Shown here piece by piece: positions 62,812 to 64,000 of a stretch of DNA of 64,000 nucleotides; position 1 is the first letter of the stretch, and each line of letters opens with the position of its first letter. Made by a program: the position numbers and the translations under genes. The stretch is from Lama glama. Lineage: Eukaryota. The notes beneath the pieces are model-generated. The model was not told where the DNA came from. It was given only the letters and a program-made list of their open reading frames with translations, and searched no databases. Where the stretch lies: NCBI GenBank assembly GCA_028534125.1, contig CM052818.1:7194001-7258000 (forward strand). The letters run 5' to 3'.

Positions 62812-64000
62812 ACTTAATTGAGCATTTCAGGTACTATTCCTCCAGATGAGACCAAAAGATACTGAACATCTCATATGTGTAAAGCATCATGGGAAAAATT
62901 CAGGTGTAATTCAAATTTGAAACCAGATATAAAAAAAAAGTTTCTAAATGTAAGGCATCACAAAGATGGAGGAGATGATAAATTAGCTAAATCAACTTTG
63001 GTATTAAAAGCTTACAAAAATGATAAAATTATTACTAATAAAAGACTGTAATTCAGATAAGAAAACAAAGCATAAATATTAGTCTCTAATCCTTCAAAAC
63101 TTAAAGAACTGGCTAATGTGCTGAGCCTAGCGTAACACATAGCATAAAGCAGTCCCTAAGTAGTCCCTAAAGTGCTGAACGACAGTGCCCACAAACTAAA
63201 TTCCTACTTCCTACTCAGAATGTGACAATACCACCACCAGCAATCCCAGAATGCTACTCCTTGAGAAAAGAGATCGAAATAACCAGAAAGTTAAAGAAAT
63301 GTTCTGAATTGTGTTTATCTACAACATTAGAGTGTAGGGATGATCAACGTGTTTTGAAAATACAAGATAATCATTCATAAAGGAGCAGAAACTGATAAAG
63401 AGAAAAGCTCAAGCGCAGAAGTTTTTGTCCAATTCCACAAAACAAAGCAAACATTTCAATAATTATAGCTTATGCATGGTAAAGTCTGCAGATTAAAAAA
63501 AGGTCAAATTCCACAGCAAATTCATTTTCACATGCACATAAAGGGTTTTTAAACTTAAATTCCATACTAAGGGTTCCTTAGTTATTTTTTTCTCTTTCTT
63601 AAACAGTTATTTTTACCTTATTTTCAAGTTATTGGTGAAAGAATTTAAAAATAATTTGTTTGATAGGACATCTTTATTCACCAATAACTCAGACATGCCA
63701 AAAAACACAAACACATCAAACTATAAAATGTGACTGAGTCTTGATAAGGTACAGAATGAAAATTCCTCAGTTATCCTGGACTACCTGGCATATCTGAAAA
63801 AACAAAATTCAACACGTTTAATACTTCAGATACTTCAGCTTCTTCTTTTTAAAAGCAAATTAAAGAGGGAGAGGGAGACAGAGAGATTTCCAAAGGTGCA
63901 CTTACAAAAAGTATGAACACTAATACTACTAAGATAAAAATAATTTTCAATCTAAAACAAAAGTGTAATTAATAGAATACAGAAAACTGTCCTCAGATCA

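Noticed and set aside
1..64000. CRISPR arrays, operons, prokaryotic defence systems, rRNA
   Set aside because: The sequence is clearly mammalian. No regularly spaced repeat-spacer array or long uninterrupted coding region was seen.

Overview
This is mammalian genomic DNA. It is most likely from a camelid, inferred from about ten copies of a tRNA-derived SINE resembling the camelid vic-1 family. Two genes lie tail-to-tail. The right third (about 43.45-64 kb, minus strand) holds the last five coding exons and 3'UTR of aftiphilin (AFTPH). I reconstructed these exons by hand with consistent GT-AG boundaries and phases (GMLEPTKE...DHFQ | ESLPPVQFDWSSSGLTNPLD | ASGGSTLLNLDFF...TIP | GVDPELYEL...TSTR | KPKREEHLSEEA...QEKAD*). 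The first ~1.76 kb is a motif-rich 3'UTR ending at AATAAA on the plus strand, probably SERTAD2 by synteny recalled from human. The ~41 kb between them is intergenic and repeat-rich. It contains an orphan CpG island (~19.5-20.3 kb), a MER91-like element with a near-consensus CTCF motif, a decayed 5.5-kb ERV1 provirus (two LTRs, tRNA-Arg PBS, gag and env remnants) and many L1/MIR/MLT/MER fragments. Almost all ORF-track entries are spurious. I see no support for a wholly new biological system. The most promising possibly undescribed signals are a candidate 39-nt in-frame micro-exon in AFTPH (58507-58545), a second cryptic exon candidate (55356-55427), the regulated clathrin-box cassette exon, and a small retrocopied mRNA 3' end inside the ERV. 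Repeat subfamily names and most repeat boundaries are by-eye estimates.
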